The notes under the pieces are model-generated. The model saw only the letters and a program-made list of their open reading frames with translations. It had not been told where the DNA came from and did no database searches. Positions 22,697-32,503 of a stretch of 64,000 bases of DNA are shown here, piece after piece. Within the stretch, counting starts at the first letter, position 1, and each line of letters starts with the position of its first letter. This DNA is from an uncultured delta proteobacterium (GTDB taxonomy: Bacteria > Desulfobacterota > Desulfobacteria > Desulfobacterales > JAHEIW01): contig CAVPNL010000003.1 in assembly GCA_963706575.1 (NCBI GenBank), forward strand, positions 192,001-256,000. Reading direction: 5' to 3'. A program made the position numbers and the translations under genes.

Positions 22697-23602
22697 ATGG
22701 ACAAAGCCATCAAAGTGGGCATCGTTGTCGCCATTATCGCTATCGCCGCTTATTTCGGCTATAGTCTGTTCAGCAACTGGCACAAGCAAAGCCTTGAAAC
22801 CGCTAAGCGACAGGAGCGTGTCGAGTGGGAAAAAAGAACCAAAGAACTGATGGAAAAAGTCACGGGGCTCGAGGAAGAACTGACTTCCGTAAAGGGTGAA
22901 GTCATTCCGGAACGAAAGCTCAAAGAGGTTTTTGGATCTGATTCCGCGATTGTCAAAAAAGAAGAAGAAAAACTACCGTTGGATTTCGAAGAAATCGACC
23001 AGCAGATTAAAGCATTTTTCACCTATTTGGATGAACAGGACTATGTTCAGGCATATCAATTCAAAGGCGGAACCTATCAACAGTTTCTGTTGAGCCTTAA
23101 AAAAATGTCCGCAAATCCTCCTATCATCACCGACGAGACGGCCTCGCTCTACAACCTCTATCGCAATATGGCCCATTTTTTCCGCGTGCTGGGGAAAAAA
23201 CGGGTGAATCTCACCCGGGATGTAATGCTGAATGAAGGCGAAATTTTGGAATCGGTCATGCAGACATTTTACCTGTGGGCCACTGATGAAACTGCTGACA
23301 AGGAGAAAACCGGCCAGCCGACGCTCAAGACGCTGTATACCTATTCCGGGTTTTTCTTAAATACGCTGGCAGGCAAAAGTTATCTGTTTAGAAGAAATTC
23401 AAAAACCAGACTATTAACGACCTACTATTCGGTCCTCATCCTCGACCGAGCAAATGACGAACAATTGAATCCAGCCGGCATTGATATTCGGCCCCACATA
23501 GAATTTTTATTAAATGACCTCCAGAGCCAAATCGGTCTGATCCACCAGAAACAATATTTATCGGAATTGTTGCAATTGGCCGATAAATATAAAATGTCTT
23601 GA
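22697..23602 (+). CDS. Membrane-anchored hypothetical protein with a coiled coil
   Basis: AGGAG RBS; N-terminal TM helix; start moved downstream of the tRNA. Confidence 0.8.
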   Translation: MDKAIKVGIVVAIIAIAAYFGYSLFSNWHKQSLETAKRQERVEWEKRTKELMEKVTGLEEELTSVKGEVIPERKLKEVFGSDSAIVKKEEEKLPLDFEEIDQQIKAFFTYLDEQDYVQAYQFKGGTYQQFLLSLKKMSANPPIITDETASLYNLYRNMAHFFRVLGKKRVNLTRDVMLNEGEILESVMQTFYLWATDETADKEKTGQPTLKTLYTYSGFFLNTLAGKSYLFRRNSKTRLLTTYYSVLILDRANDEQLNPAGIDIRPHIEFLLNDLQSQIGLIHQKQYLSELLQLADKYKMS

Positions 23603-23709
23603 GCCCACCGTGACAAGTTAAAGCGATTCGGGCTGTTTGCAGCCTGACAAACGCGTTGCCAGTCCTGTTTTCTCCCAATTGAATCAGACAAGAGGAGGGC
23701 ACATCCCTG

Positions 23710-24632
23710 ATGAAAGAAAAACCAAAAGCAATGCTTCTGGCGTCTTTTGCAGCCGATTCTCTGGCCCTTGGCGCCCATTGGATTTACAACACCCGTGTTA
23801 TTGATAAAAAGTTCGGTCGGGTTGATCATTTTATAAAACCCGAGCGTCCAACTTATCATCCCACCAAAAACAGGGGAGAATTTACCCATTACGGGGACCA
23901 AACCCTGATATTACTGGAATCGGTTGCTGAGTGTGAAGGATTTAACCTGAGCGATTTTTCCAGAACGCTGGCAGAGATTGTTTGATAATTATGATGGATA
24001 TGTTGACGGTGCAACCAAAGGAACTCTTGAAAACCTGGCTTCCGGAAAATCACCAACGGAATCCGGATCCGGTTCCGACGATCTGGCCGGGGCATCCCGC
24101 ATTGCATCACTCATCTATGTTTATCGAAATGACCTTCCGGAATTGATTGCCAGCGCTAAATCTCAAACTGCTTTTACCCATAATCACTCGCATGTCATAA
24201 TTTGCGCGGCATTTTTCGCAACCGTCGCTTATCAAATTTTAGCAGGTACCGCACCGATAGCGGCCATCGAGCAGGCACAAAAGGATGAGTTTGATTCTGA
24301 GCCCATTAAAGATTGGATCCAGGTGGGGTTGGAGAGCGCTGAGGCAGGACAGTCGCCAGGCCATTCTGGATTTCGGCCAAATGTGTGAGATTCCGGCCGC
24401 CTTTCCTGCTGTCATCCACCTGATCGCTAAATATGAGAACGATCTAAAGACCGCATTGGTCGAAAATGTTATGGCGGGTGGTGATTCTGCCGGACGAGGC
24501 TTGCTGGTGGGGCTGGTACTGGGCGCCCATCTGGGGATGGAAGCCATTCCCCTTGAATGGCTTAACGATATGAAGGCCTATCCGCAAATCGTTGATATGC
24601 TCGATAAAATCGATAAGAGCCATGGTTTCTAA
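23710..24632 (+). pseudogene. ADP-ribosylglycohydrolase-family gene split by two +1 frameshifts (probably sequence errors)
   Basis: ADSLALGAHWIY, HYGDQT and NVMAGGDSAGR...IP.EW motifs spread over three consecutive frames; breaks near 23960 and 24343. Confidence 0.8.
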
Positions 24633-24767
24633 AATGGTGTCAGGCACCTAAAATAAAGCCGTATTTTGTAAATTACCTGTGGGACACAGCACTAGAGAAA
24701 GTTGCACACCTGTCAAAAATGGCGTAGAATAAAACCGTATTCAAAAGCAGTCAGAAGCGGAGCTAGC

Positions 24768-25331
24768 ATGCAAATCATTGCGACCGATATTGAAGATGTC
24801 AAAATTATTGAACCTCAGATATTTACGGACGACCGCGGATACTTTCTGGAGACCTATCATCTCAACCGCTTTAAATCAGCGGGGCTGCCAGACGTCTTTG
24901 TGCAGGATAATATGTCTTTTTCGGTTAAAAACACGTTGCGGGGACTTCATTTTCAAATAACCCGACCGCAGGCGAAGCTGGTTCAGGTTATTTCCGGAGA
25001 AATATTTGATGTGGCCGTAGACATTCGACCCACATCCCCCACCTCCGGCCGCTGGGTGAGCGTCCATCTCACTGAGCACAATAAACGGCAGGTATTTATT
25101 CCTGAAGGATTTGCTCACGGATTTTGTGTGCTGAGTGACTGTGCCCATGTGGTCTATAAATGTTCCGATTTTTATGATCGTGATGATGAAGGCGGCATAT
25201 TGTGGTCGGATCCTGCCATCGGAATTGTTTGGCCGACGACCCATCCCATCGTTTCCACCAAGGATGACCGCTTGCCGGTTATGAGTGATATCCCCCCTGA
25301 AAAACTTTACAATCCGGTAAAGTCACCATGA
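24768..25331 (+). CDS. rfbC: dTDP-4-dehydrorhamnose 3,5-epimerase
   Basis: DDRGYF, LRGLHFQ and GFAHGF motifs. Confidence 0.96.
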   Translation: MQIIATDIEDVKIIEPQIFTDDRGYFLETYHLNRFKSAGLPDVFVQDNMSFSVKNTLRGLHFQITRPQAKLVQVISGEIFDVAVDIRPTSPTSGRWVSVHLTEHNKRQVFIPEGFAHGFCVLSDCAHVVYKCSDFYDRDDEGGILWSDPAIGIVWPTTHPIVSTKDDRLPVMSDIPPEKLYNPVKSP

Positions 25332-26212
25332 GGATTTTGATTACGGGTGCAGACGGACAGCTGGGCCGGGAATTGGTCCGTCAGGGTCAGCGCGTTGATT
25401 TTGAAGTTCACGGTCTCAGCCGCCAACAGCTGGATATCACCAAGAGAAACCAAATACAGCAGATACTTACGCGCATTTCACCATCTCTGGTTATAAATGC
25501 TGCCGCGTATACTCAGGTCGACAGAGCCGAAAATGAATCAGATCTTGCATATGCGGCCAACAAAGACGGGCCGGCTTATCTTGCCCGTTATTGTGCCGAT
25601 AATCATCTGACGCTCATTCACATCTCCACCGATTATGTTTTTGATGGGACCAAAGGACGGCCCTATCAGGAAAGCGACCCGATCGCTCCTCTGGGGGTAT
25701 ACGGTCAGAGCAAGGCGCAGGGTGAAGCGGCCATTCGATCCATATTGCCAAACCACATCATTGTGCGCACAGCCTGGCTGTACGGTGTCTATGGCAATAA
25801 TTTCGTCAAAACCATACTCAAGCTGGCCGCTGAGAAAACAACCCTGCGGGTGGTGGCCGATCAATTAGGTTCGCCGACCAGCGCAGAGGACCTTGCTAAA
25901 ACATTGCTGTCCATCACCCAGAAAATCAACGTCACTGAAAAAATTGATTGGGGAACCTACCATTATTGCTGCAAAGGAATTACAACCTGGCATGGTCTGG
26001 CCGAAAGGATTATCGGCCTGGCAGCGCCGCACGGTGTCCTAAAGAACCGGAAAGTGGAAGCCATTACAACCGCTGAATGGCCGACTCTGGCAAAACGACC
26101 ACCCTATTCCGTTCTGGATTGCACCCGCATAAAAAGCCGATTTGGAATCGAGTCCCAACCATGGCAGCAAAGCCTGAAGCATACCATTGACCGCATCTTC
26201 TCCGAAAGCTGA
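25328..26212 (+). CDS. rfbD: dTDP-4-dehydrorhamnose reductase
   Basis: GADGQLG, STDYVFDG, YGQSK and RPPYS motifs. Confidence 0.96.
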   Translation: MRILITGADGQLGRELVRQGQRVDFEVHGLSRQQLDITKRNQIQQILTRISPSLVINAAAYTQVDRAENESDLAYAANKDGPAYLARYCADNHLTLIHISTDYVFDGTKGRPYQESDPIAPLGVYGQSKAQGEAAIRSILPNHIIVRTAWLYGVYGNNFVKTILKLAAEKTTLRVVADQLGSPTSAEDLAKTLLSITQKINVTEKIDWGTYHYCCKGITTWHGLAERIIGLAAPHGVLKNRKVEAITTAEWPTLAKRPPYSVLDCTRIKSRFGIESQPWQQSLKHTIDRIFSES

Positions 26213-26217
26213 ATGAT

Positions 26218-26339
26218 GTTAATCGTTATTTGTTATTGGAATGATTATCCGGTCGGATTTGATTACTTTGCGACAGGGATAATGGCCCGGGGCAGATCAG
26301 ATTGTCAAAACCAATAACCAATCACAGATAACAGATAAC
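26218..26339. repeat. Inverted tandem heptamer repeat (AATAACN family)
   Basis: GTTAATCGTTATTTGTTATTGG ... CCAATAACCAATCACAGATAACAGATAAC. Confidence 0.75.
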
Positions 26340-26420
26340 TTCACAGCTTTGACGCATTTTGCAAATCAACTTAAAATACTGATATATCTAAAAGTTACGC
26401 CCATCCTAAAGAGAAAAACA

Positions 26421-26449
26421 TTGACTGTTTTCGCATTTCAATCTAACAT
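26421..26449 (+). promoter_or_regulatory. Putative sigma70 promoter of the activator gene
   Basis: TTGACT-N17-TAACAT about 55 bp upstream of ATG 26503. Confidence 0.6.
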
Positions 26450-26502
26450 GAAGTTATCGGAAATGCCTATTTTTGTTTTCCTTTCTCCGATGAATTCATT
26501 TC

Positions 26503-27903
26503 ATGGAATCGATACCGAATATACATAGCCCCGTTCTCGTCGTAGATGATGATGAGGGCCTGCTGCTAAGCATTAAAGCGACGCTCGTCAGTTCGGGTTT
26601 GCCGGAGCCGGCCCTGATATCCGACAGCCGACGTGTTATTGATCTGGTTCGCGAATATAATTTTCAATTGATTTTACTGGATCTGATGATGCCGCATTTA
26701 ACCGGAATGGAGGTTCTGAGAAGGATAAAAAATGAATCTCTGGATGTCGAATGTGTCATTGTCAGTGCTATAGACGATGTTGCATCTGCCGTCCAGGCGA
26801 TCAGTCTGGGCGCATCAGATTATCTGGTCAAACCGCTTAACAGTGATAAACTGGTCGCGTTGGTGAACCGAACGCTTGAAAAATATACCGTGCAGCATGA
26901 GCTGGAACAGTTCGGCAGTAAAAAAGTATTTTCCAATCTTAAAAACCCGGAAGCATTTGCTGACATTGTAGCCGAAGATGAAGCCATGGCCCTGATATTT
27001 CATCAGGTGGAAGCAGTAGCCGGCACGGATTACAGTGTGGTCATCAGTGGAGAATCTGGAACCGGCAAAGAAATGCTGGCCCGTGTGATTCATAAATTAA
27101 GTAATCGTTCTAACGCGCCGTTTTATGCCGTCAACATGGCATCTTTTAGCAAAACAATTTTTGAAGATGAATTTTTCGGTCATGCCAAGGGGGCCTACAC
27201 GGATGCCGCCAGTGACAAAATTGGATTTTTTGAAGCCGCCCACGGTGGCACTTTATTTTTGGACGAAATCACCGAATTGGATCCATCATTGCAGGGCAAA
27301 CTGCTGCGGGTTATCGAAGAACGCGAGCTTTATCGGTTGGGCAGCACCGAAATTCGTAACGTGAATGTTCGCATCATCGCCGCCACCAACCGGGACATAA
27401 ACGAGGAAATCTTGAAAGGTGCGTTTCGGTCGGACCTGTATTACCGCATCAATATGTATAACATAAATGTACCGCCTCTCAGAGACCGGCAAAAAGACAT
27501 TCTGCCCATCGCTCGCCATTTCCTAAAAACCCATGCCAATGCAAACGATAAAATGATCGGTTCGCTGGCACCCGATCTGGAACAGCGTTTAATGCAGTAT
27601 TCTTATCCGGGAAACGTACGAGAACTGGAAAATATTGTCGCAGCCGCTGTACTGCAGGAAAAATCAAAAGTCCTGACCCTGGCCTCGACGTTAAGTTTGC
27701 TGCCGTATGAAGGGCCCGAGCGGCGCAGGCACGTGGAATTGCTTACCCTTGAAGAGCTTGAAAAGCGTCATATTCTAAACGTATTGGACGTTACCGGTGG
27801 TAATCGTCCCAAAGCCGCAAAAATACTGGGTGTGAATATCTCCACTGTGTATAGAAAAATTGAGAAATATAAGCTGGACCGTCAAAATGATAATGAAACC
27901 TAA
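26503..27903 (+). CDS. Sigma54-dependent response regulator (REC-AAA+-Fis HTH)
   Basis: Receiver DLMMP, GESGTGKE, GAYTDA (GAFTGA variant), FLDEI, PGNVRELEN, C-terminal HTH. Confidence 0.95.
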   Translation: MESIPNIHSPVLVVDDDEGLLLSIKATLVSSGLPEPALISDSRRVIDLVREYNFQLILLDLMMPHLTGMEVLRRIKNESLDVECVIVSAIDDVASAVQAISLGASDYLVKPLNSDKLVALVNRTLEKYTVQHELEQFGSKKVFSNLKNPEAFADIVAEDEAMALIFHQVEAVAGTDYSVVISGESGTGKEMLARVIHKLSNRSNAPFYAVNMASFSKTIFEDEFFGHAKGAYTDAASDKIGFFEAAHGGTLFLDEITELDPSLQGKLLRVIEERELYRLGSTEIRNVNVRIIAATNRDINEEILKGAFRSDLYYRINMYNINVPPLRDRQKDILPIARHFLKTHANANDKMIGSLAPDLEQRLMQYSYPGNVRELENIVAAAVLQEKSKVLTLASTLSLLPYEGPERRRHVELLTLEELEKRHILNVLDVTGGNRPKAAKILGVNISTVYRKIEKYKLDRQNDNET

Positions 27904-27965
27904 GTTGAAGCGAAACGAATATGCGCGCAACGGTGTTTTATCGGCTATGGTGATTCAAAGCAACC

Positions 27966-28157
27966 AGATGTCATCTAAAAAATAGGATTTTGGTTCAAGA
28001 TCGCGGCGGGGCCGAGTTTTCCCGCGCTGCGGGATTCCCCGTCTGATCTTATACTCTTTGTGGGTCGAAAACCGCAGGCATACTGTTGTATGTCGAGGAT
28101 TTGAAAGGAGGCGCCAACAAAGATATTGGGCCAAAAGACATTTTTGAGATGGCTTCT
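27966..28157. mobile_element. MITE-like non-autonomous element
   Basis: Imperfect terminal inverted repeats AGATGTCATCTAAAAAAT / ATTTTTGAGATGGCTTCT; internal motifs shared with 45958-46103. Confidence 0.6.
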
Positions 28158-28174
28158 AACGGAGGGTTGACGAC

Positions 28175-28624
28175 ATGTCAGATGGTTTAGACGTAATTAT
28201 AATCGATGATGATAAAGGTATTTGCGATATAATCCAAGAGCTGGTTGAAAGCTTCTATAACTGGGGCAATGTAATTTCATTTTCGAATGCAGATAAAGCA
28301 ATAAATTATTGCCTACAGCGCGATATTGGTGTGGCTATTTTTATTATTGATGTATTTCTTGGCGGCCTGAGTGGTTTCTACTTTTTGGATGCCATCGAAA
28401 AGAAGTTTTCAACCGCCCATGAAGACTCGATTATCATTAGCGGCAATGCCAGCGATGATGTGGTAAATATGTGTTTGGCTTCCGGGGTAAATTATTTGCT
28501 GGAAAAGCCGATTAAACCCTATGCCTTACAGCTGGCTGTAAAAGCCATTACGGGGAAATATCTGAACTTTGCCAAAAAACTATTGCAGGATTCAACTTAT
28601 GCCGCCAGCATTGCAAAATTATAA
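28175..28624 (+). CDS. Single-domain response regulator
   Basis: IIDDD acidic pocket, IIDVFL phospho-Asp, ISG and KP motifs. Confidence 0.88.
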   Translation: MSDGLDVIIIDDDKGICDIIQELVESFYNWGNVISFSNADKAINYCLQRDIGVAIFIIDVFLGGLSGFYFLDAIEKKFSTAHEDSIIISGNASDDVVNMCLASGVNYLLEKPIKPYALQLAVKAITGKYLNFAKKLLQDSTYAASIAKL

Positions 28625-28644
28625 ACCGAGGTGCGGCGAACCCC

Positions 28645-29373
28645 ATGGCCGAATCTGAAAAAATCAAAGGCGCTGCCATCCCAAAATTATTTGAAGAATT
28701 GCTGCAGCATAAAACCCTCCTCAAACTGACCGTCGTTGATACCCATGATGAGCACCTGACCCTGATTACCGCTCTGGTGAATCGAAACAAAGTGCCTCAC
28801 CTTGTTATCGATACACCGGAAGGATTGGCGCACGCCATAGCAGAAATTGATCCCTGGCACCTTCACTTTGAATTTACCGGAAAAGATCATATCAAATATA
28901 CCTTTAGAACCATTGGCGGAGAAATTGACCATAACCGGATTTGTGTTAAATGTCCCCGGGAGGTAGAGCGCTGGCAGCGCAGAGAACTTTTTAGGCTCAA
29001 TGCCCCAGTGGGGACCAAACTTAGCCTGCCACATGACACGGTTCGATATGAGCTGGATGTTATTGATATTAGCATCGGGGGCACGCTCGCTACGCTGGTT
29101 CGAACCAGCTCCCACGACCTTGAAACCCCACCCTTCGATGACGCCCAAATTTTAAAGGATATCGAACTGGTCTTTCCGTCAGAAATCATGAGACAGCCTA
29201 TCAGGATTAAAACGGTACGCCTCAAACGCTTGAAACTGAATTCGGAAAAAACAGGGTACGAGGTGGCCTTTGAGTTTGATAAGACAAGTACGCGTGAGCA
29301 AAAGCGGTTGACTGACCTGATTTATCGTTTGCAGCGACAGGCGCTGCGCCATCGATTACCTATGGACCTTTGA
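28645..29373 (+). CDS. PilZ-domain (YcgR-like flagellar brake) protein
   Basis: QRRELFR (RxxxR) and DISIGG (DxSxxG) c-di-GMP-binding motifs. Confidence 0.85.
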   Translation: MAESEKIKGAAIPKLFEELLQHKTLLKLTVVDTHDEHLTLITALVNRNKVPHLVIDTPEGLAHAIAEIDPWHLHFEFTGKDHIKYTFRTIGGEIDHNRICVKCPREVERWQRRELFRLNAPVGTKLSLPHDTVRYELDVIDISIGGTLATLVRTSSHDLETPPFDDAQILKDIELVFPSEIMRQPIRIKTVRLKRLKLNSEKTGYEVAFEFDKTSTREQKRLTDLIYRLQRQALRHRLPMDL

Positions 29374-29405
29374 AGGGTGACTAGCGTGGGAAGTGACTAA
29401 ATTGC

Positions 29406-30323
29406 CTAAAGTTCTACCTGCATGCCCTCACGGGCAAAAAAGGCTTTGGTGTTCCCTGTATTTCTGGAATCACAGTTCAATTTCGCCAATTCGTCCAATT
29501 GGGTGTCGGTGCGCAAGGGGTCGTGGTGAAAAAGTGCCAGGCGTTTGACCTGAGACCGCATGGCTGCTTCAATCGCATACTCGATCGGCGAATGCCCCCA
29601 GCCACGCTTGTCTGTGTCATACTCCTGCTGGGTGTACTGGGCATCATGAATCAACAAATCCGCCCCAGCAAAAAAGTCTTCCAATCGATGGTTTTCATCC
29701 CTGGCAGCCGCTTCTCCCTGGTGTGCCATAATCTCATCATACGCTGGATCCCGCGGATCGGTTATAAACAGGTTTTGAAAGGGTTCGGTGTCATAGGCCG
29801 TGCAACATATTTTACCTTTATACTCAAAGCGAAATCCCAAACACAGCAGCGGATGGTTTAAATATTTGGTGGTTAATCGAATCCCGTCTCCCAGATCGAA
29901 ACAGCCCTCTTTCAAATTAAGATATTCGATTCGAGCAGTCAGCTCTTCCTGGCGAACCGGAAAATAGCGATAGGACATCTGCCCGCCGATAACCGCTTCC
30001 AGAGAATCGTCCTCATAGGTAACCGGCCCGTAAATCTTTAATCGGGTACCGGCTTGAAAAATCGGCCCGAAAAAAGGGAATCCGATGATATGATCCAGAT
30101 GGGTGTGGGTCAAAAAAATATCGGTTTCGAGCGATCCGGCTGAAAAACCTTCGGTTATCAGATGGTTTCCTAGCAGCCGCAAACCTGAACCGGCATCAAT
30201 GATGATCAGTCTGTCAATATCATCAAGGTACAATTCCACGCAAAGGGTGTTGCCGCCATATTTCACATATTGGGTGCCCGGGCTTGGAATCGACCCTCTG
30301 ACCCCCCAAAATTTTATTTTCAT
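29406..30323 (-). CDS. MBL-fold metallo-hydrolase (RNase Z/phosphodiesterase-like)
   Basis: FWGVRGS, THTHLDH, GWGHS and FHHDP motifs. Confidence 0.9.
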   Translation of the reverse strand: MKIKFWGVRGSIPSPGTQYVKYGGNTLCVELYLDDIDRLIIIDAGSGLRLLGNHLITEGFSAGSLETDIFLTHTHLDHIIGFPFFGPIFQAGTRLKIYGPVTYEDDSLEAVIGGQMSYRYFPVRQEELTARIEYLNLKEGCFDLGDGIRLTTKYLNHPLLCLGFRFEYKGKICCTAYDTEPFQNLFITDPRDPAYDEIMAHQGEAAARDENHRLEDFFAGADLLIHDAQYTQQEYDTDKRGWGHSPIEYAIEAAMRSQVKRLALFHHDPLRTDTQLDELAKLNCDSRNTGNTKAFFAREGMQVEL

Positions 30324-30334
30324 TAACCGGTTCC

Positions 30335-31222
30335 TTATTCAGAAATTTCCAGATATATTTTTGCCTTGTCGATTTCATCCATGACGGTATCCCGCATATC
30401 ATAAAGCGTGGGCCAATCCACACCGACGCGCTCCAGCAGATACCCTGCAAAGGCAGTGCCCGGTTGTGTGGCTTCGCAGGTTCCGATATCCAATAGTTGC
30501 GAAAAAATATCTGCCAGTGCGACGATAAAGACCAGTTGTTGGTGTTCCGGCAAAGATTTATCCGGTTGATGATGACACCCAAGGGCCTGGATGAATGCGG
30601 GGCTGAGTCGCCATTTTTGGGCAATCAGACTGCCGATGATGCCGTGATCGATGCCAAATACCACGCTTTCGGCATGAGCCAACGGCCAGCGGGATCTTTT
30701 GGCCAGGTCGAGTGCCTGGAAGTATTCATCTGGAAACTGCTGGTTGAGAGGAATTTTTCCCAGATCGTGGAGAAGACCGCACACGAAAAATTCCTCCTGG
30801 TCGCTAATGGAGACCCCTCTGACCATTGCAATGCATTTGGCGATAACACCGACACTCAGAGAGTGCGCCCAGAATTTTTCGGCCGATAATGCCCGAAAAG
30901 ATTGCTTATTGCGAAGTCGTTCGAGAATAGCAAAGCTCAACACCAGGTTCTTTACGGTGTTGATTCCCAGCATAATAATCGCCCGGGTAACTGAGGAAAC
31001 CGGATGGCGAAGAGAATAATAGGCGGAATTCGTCAGCCTCAATACCTGACCGGCCAGCACCGGATCAAGGCCAATCACCCGATTCAGATCGTTGGGTGAC
31101 GATTGTGGATTATTGCAGGTCTGCAGAACCTTTGCAGCTGTGGTAGACAAGCTGGGCAGCCGGGCGATATAAGACCGGATATTTTTCAGATATGATTTAT
31201 GATGGATAGAAGATTCATGCAT
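30335..31222 (-). CDS. HDOD-domain protein
   Basis: LPSL, DPVLAGQVLRLTNSAYY, FWAHS and LLHDLGK motifs. Confidence 0.92.
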   Translation of the reverse strand: MHESSIHHKSYLKNIRSYIARLPSLSTTAAKVLQTCNNPQSSPNDLNRVIGLDPVLAGQVLRLTNSAYYSLRHPVSSVTRAIIMLGINTVKNLVLSFAILERLRNKQSFRALSAEKFWAHSLSVGVIAKCIAMVRGVSISDQEEFFVCGLLHDLGKIPLNQQFPDEYFQALDLAKRSRWPLAHAESVVFGIDHGIIGSLIAQKWRLSPAFIQALGCHHQPDKSLPEHQQLVFIVALADIFSQLLDIGTCEATQPGTAFAGYLLERVGVDWPTLYDMRDTVMDEIDKAKIYLEISE

Positions 31223-31242
31223 TATTAGGGCGCGTCCTGATG

Positions 31243-31704
31243 TCAGGATGCGATGTAATCGCCCCTGTTATATTTTATGACCTCCAGCGAAGCGGTTATC
31301 AGGGTGCGATTGACAATATCTTTAAGCCCGCCCTCGTTCGTTAAAGAATCCAGCACCGATGACAGTTGCTCTTTTTCTTTTTCGATCATATTTATCACCG
31401 GTTCAATGTTCCTGAGCGTCACCTGCGGATCTGCCAGCTGATCTCGATAATTATCAAGCAAATTCAGAAGATTATCGACACGCTCAACCGTTATGCGTTT
31501 ATTTTCCGGCGATAGCGGATGGAATCGGATCGCCGATACTGGATTTGCTAAAGGGGGGGATTCAATTTTTCCCGGATGATGCGCGCTGCGTTCAACTGAC
31601 GCTTTCAGGATATTTTTAAAGTCGTCGTTCTGGTCCTGTTCCCTGCGTATGGTTTTTTCTGCAAAACTATTTTTAATGATTTCATCGCTTCCATTGATTT
31701 TCAT
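31243..31704 (-). CDS. Hypothetical protein, possibly flagellar regulon
   Basis: 153-aa ORF with AAGGA RBS; first gene of the HDOD-MBL run; sigma28-like promoter upstream. Confidence 0.75.
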   Translation of the reverse strand: MKINGSDEIIKNSFAEKTIRREQDQNDDFKNILKASVERSAHHPGKIESPPLANPVSAIRFHPLSPENKRITVERVDNLLNLLDNYRDQLADPQVTLRNIEPVINMIEKEKEQLSSVLDSLTNEGGLKDIVNRTLITASLEVIKYNRGDYIAS

Positions 31705-32024
31705 CGCTTCGATCCTTGCTCTTTATTTTTATACCGTTTCTGAATTCAACTCCTGAGGGTCGATTCCCGATTGCCCGACAATTATTTCAGGCATTCTCTT
31801 AAAAATATGCAAAATACGTGCAAATGCGAAGATTAGCTGGTTTTTTTAGTATCTACCCGTATTTTTTATATATACTATAGCCAAACCTCTCGCTTGCGCT
31901 CATCATATAAGGTTTGTCGGCGGCAAAATATGCCTGTGCGTAAATTTTTCATTACGCACATCAACACACGTCCGATATTCTTTGATTGGGTCATCCTGCG
32001 CCCTAGACATGAGACTCTATTATG

Positions 32025-32051
32025 TTATCGGCATTTTGCCCAAATACTTAA
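32025..32051 (-). promoter_or_regulatory. Putative sigma28 (FliA) promoter
   Basis: Minus strand TTAA-N15-GCCGATAA. Confidence 0.6.
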
Positions 32052-32080
32052 CCCGATAAAATAATAGACACCTTAGATTC

Positions 32081-32113
32081 GCAAAATGCAAAAATATAAA
32101 TTGCATTTTGCAA
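32081..32113. promoter_or_regulatory. Palindromic candidate activator binding site
   Basis: GCAAAATGCAA-N9-TTGCATTTTGC; a related site lies at 26352-26364. Confidence 0.45.
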
Positions 32114-32298
32114 ATGCCTTCTATTTTGCAAATCATGACCAAATCAAATATAAATTTAACCCGAGTTAAGCTGGCAAGCGAAATCAAAACAGAGCAATTT
32201 ATGTTGTAACGTATTTAAATTATATAGGTTATAACTTAAGCACTTATATTTTACAGATCGATTAACAACCGCTGGTGGTGGTAAAATTTTGCCTATTT

Positions 32299-32312
32299 GT
32301 CAGATATTTGAC
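32299..32312. promoter_or_regulatory. Candidate FleQ/FlrA-like enhancer box GTCA-N6-TGAC
   Basis: GTCAGATATTTGAC, with adjacent GGTAAAATTTTGCC, about 170 bp upstream of a sigma54 promoter. Confidence 0.45.
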
Positions 32313-32477
32313 CCCATTTTGTTCAATTTTCTAAACTAGCGCATGGTTAAAAAAAATGACCTTCAAAACCCAACAAGGCCTTAAGTATAATTTAAGCTAT
32401 TGAAAACACTAATTATTAGAATTATGACCAACCGTGTGCGCATTCTCTGAACAAACCGGTCTTGAAATATATTAAAA

Positions 32478-32493
32478 TGGCACAGTAGTTGCA
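32478..32493 (+). promoter_or_regulatory. Sigma54 promoter (-24/-12)
   Basis: TGGCACAGTAGTTGCA matches TGGCAC-N5-TTGC. Confidence 0.85.
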
Positions 32494-32503
32494 TAGATAT
32501 ATA

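Noticed and set aside
22575..26212. Genomic island integrated at tRNA-Arg
   Set aside because: No integrase, no visible duplicated tRNA 3' end, and downstream genes look native
27939..27965. Antisense sigma28 promoter (GCCGATAA on the minus strand)
   Set aside because: No TAAA-like -35 element at the right spacing
31243..31704. FlgM
   Set aside because: It starts MKIN and has a sigma28-like promoter upstream, but it is too long and lacks the FlgM C-terminal sigma-binding signature
31808..31823. Sigma54 promoter on the minus strand (TTGCACGTATTTTGCA)
   Set aside because: Spacing is right but the invariant -24 GG is TG; it may be degenerate, so it is not called
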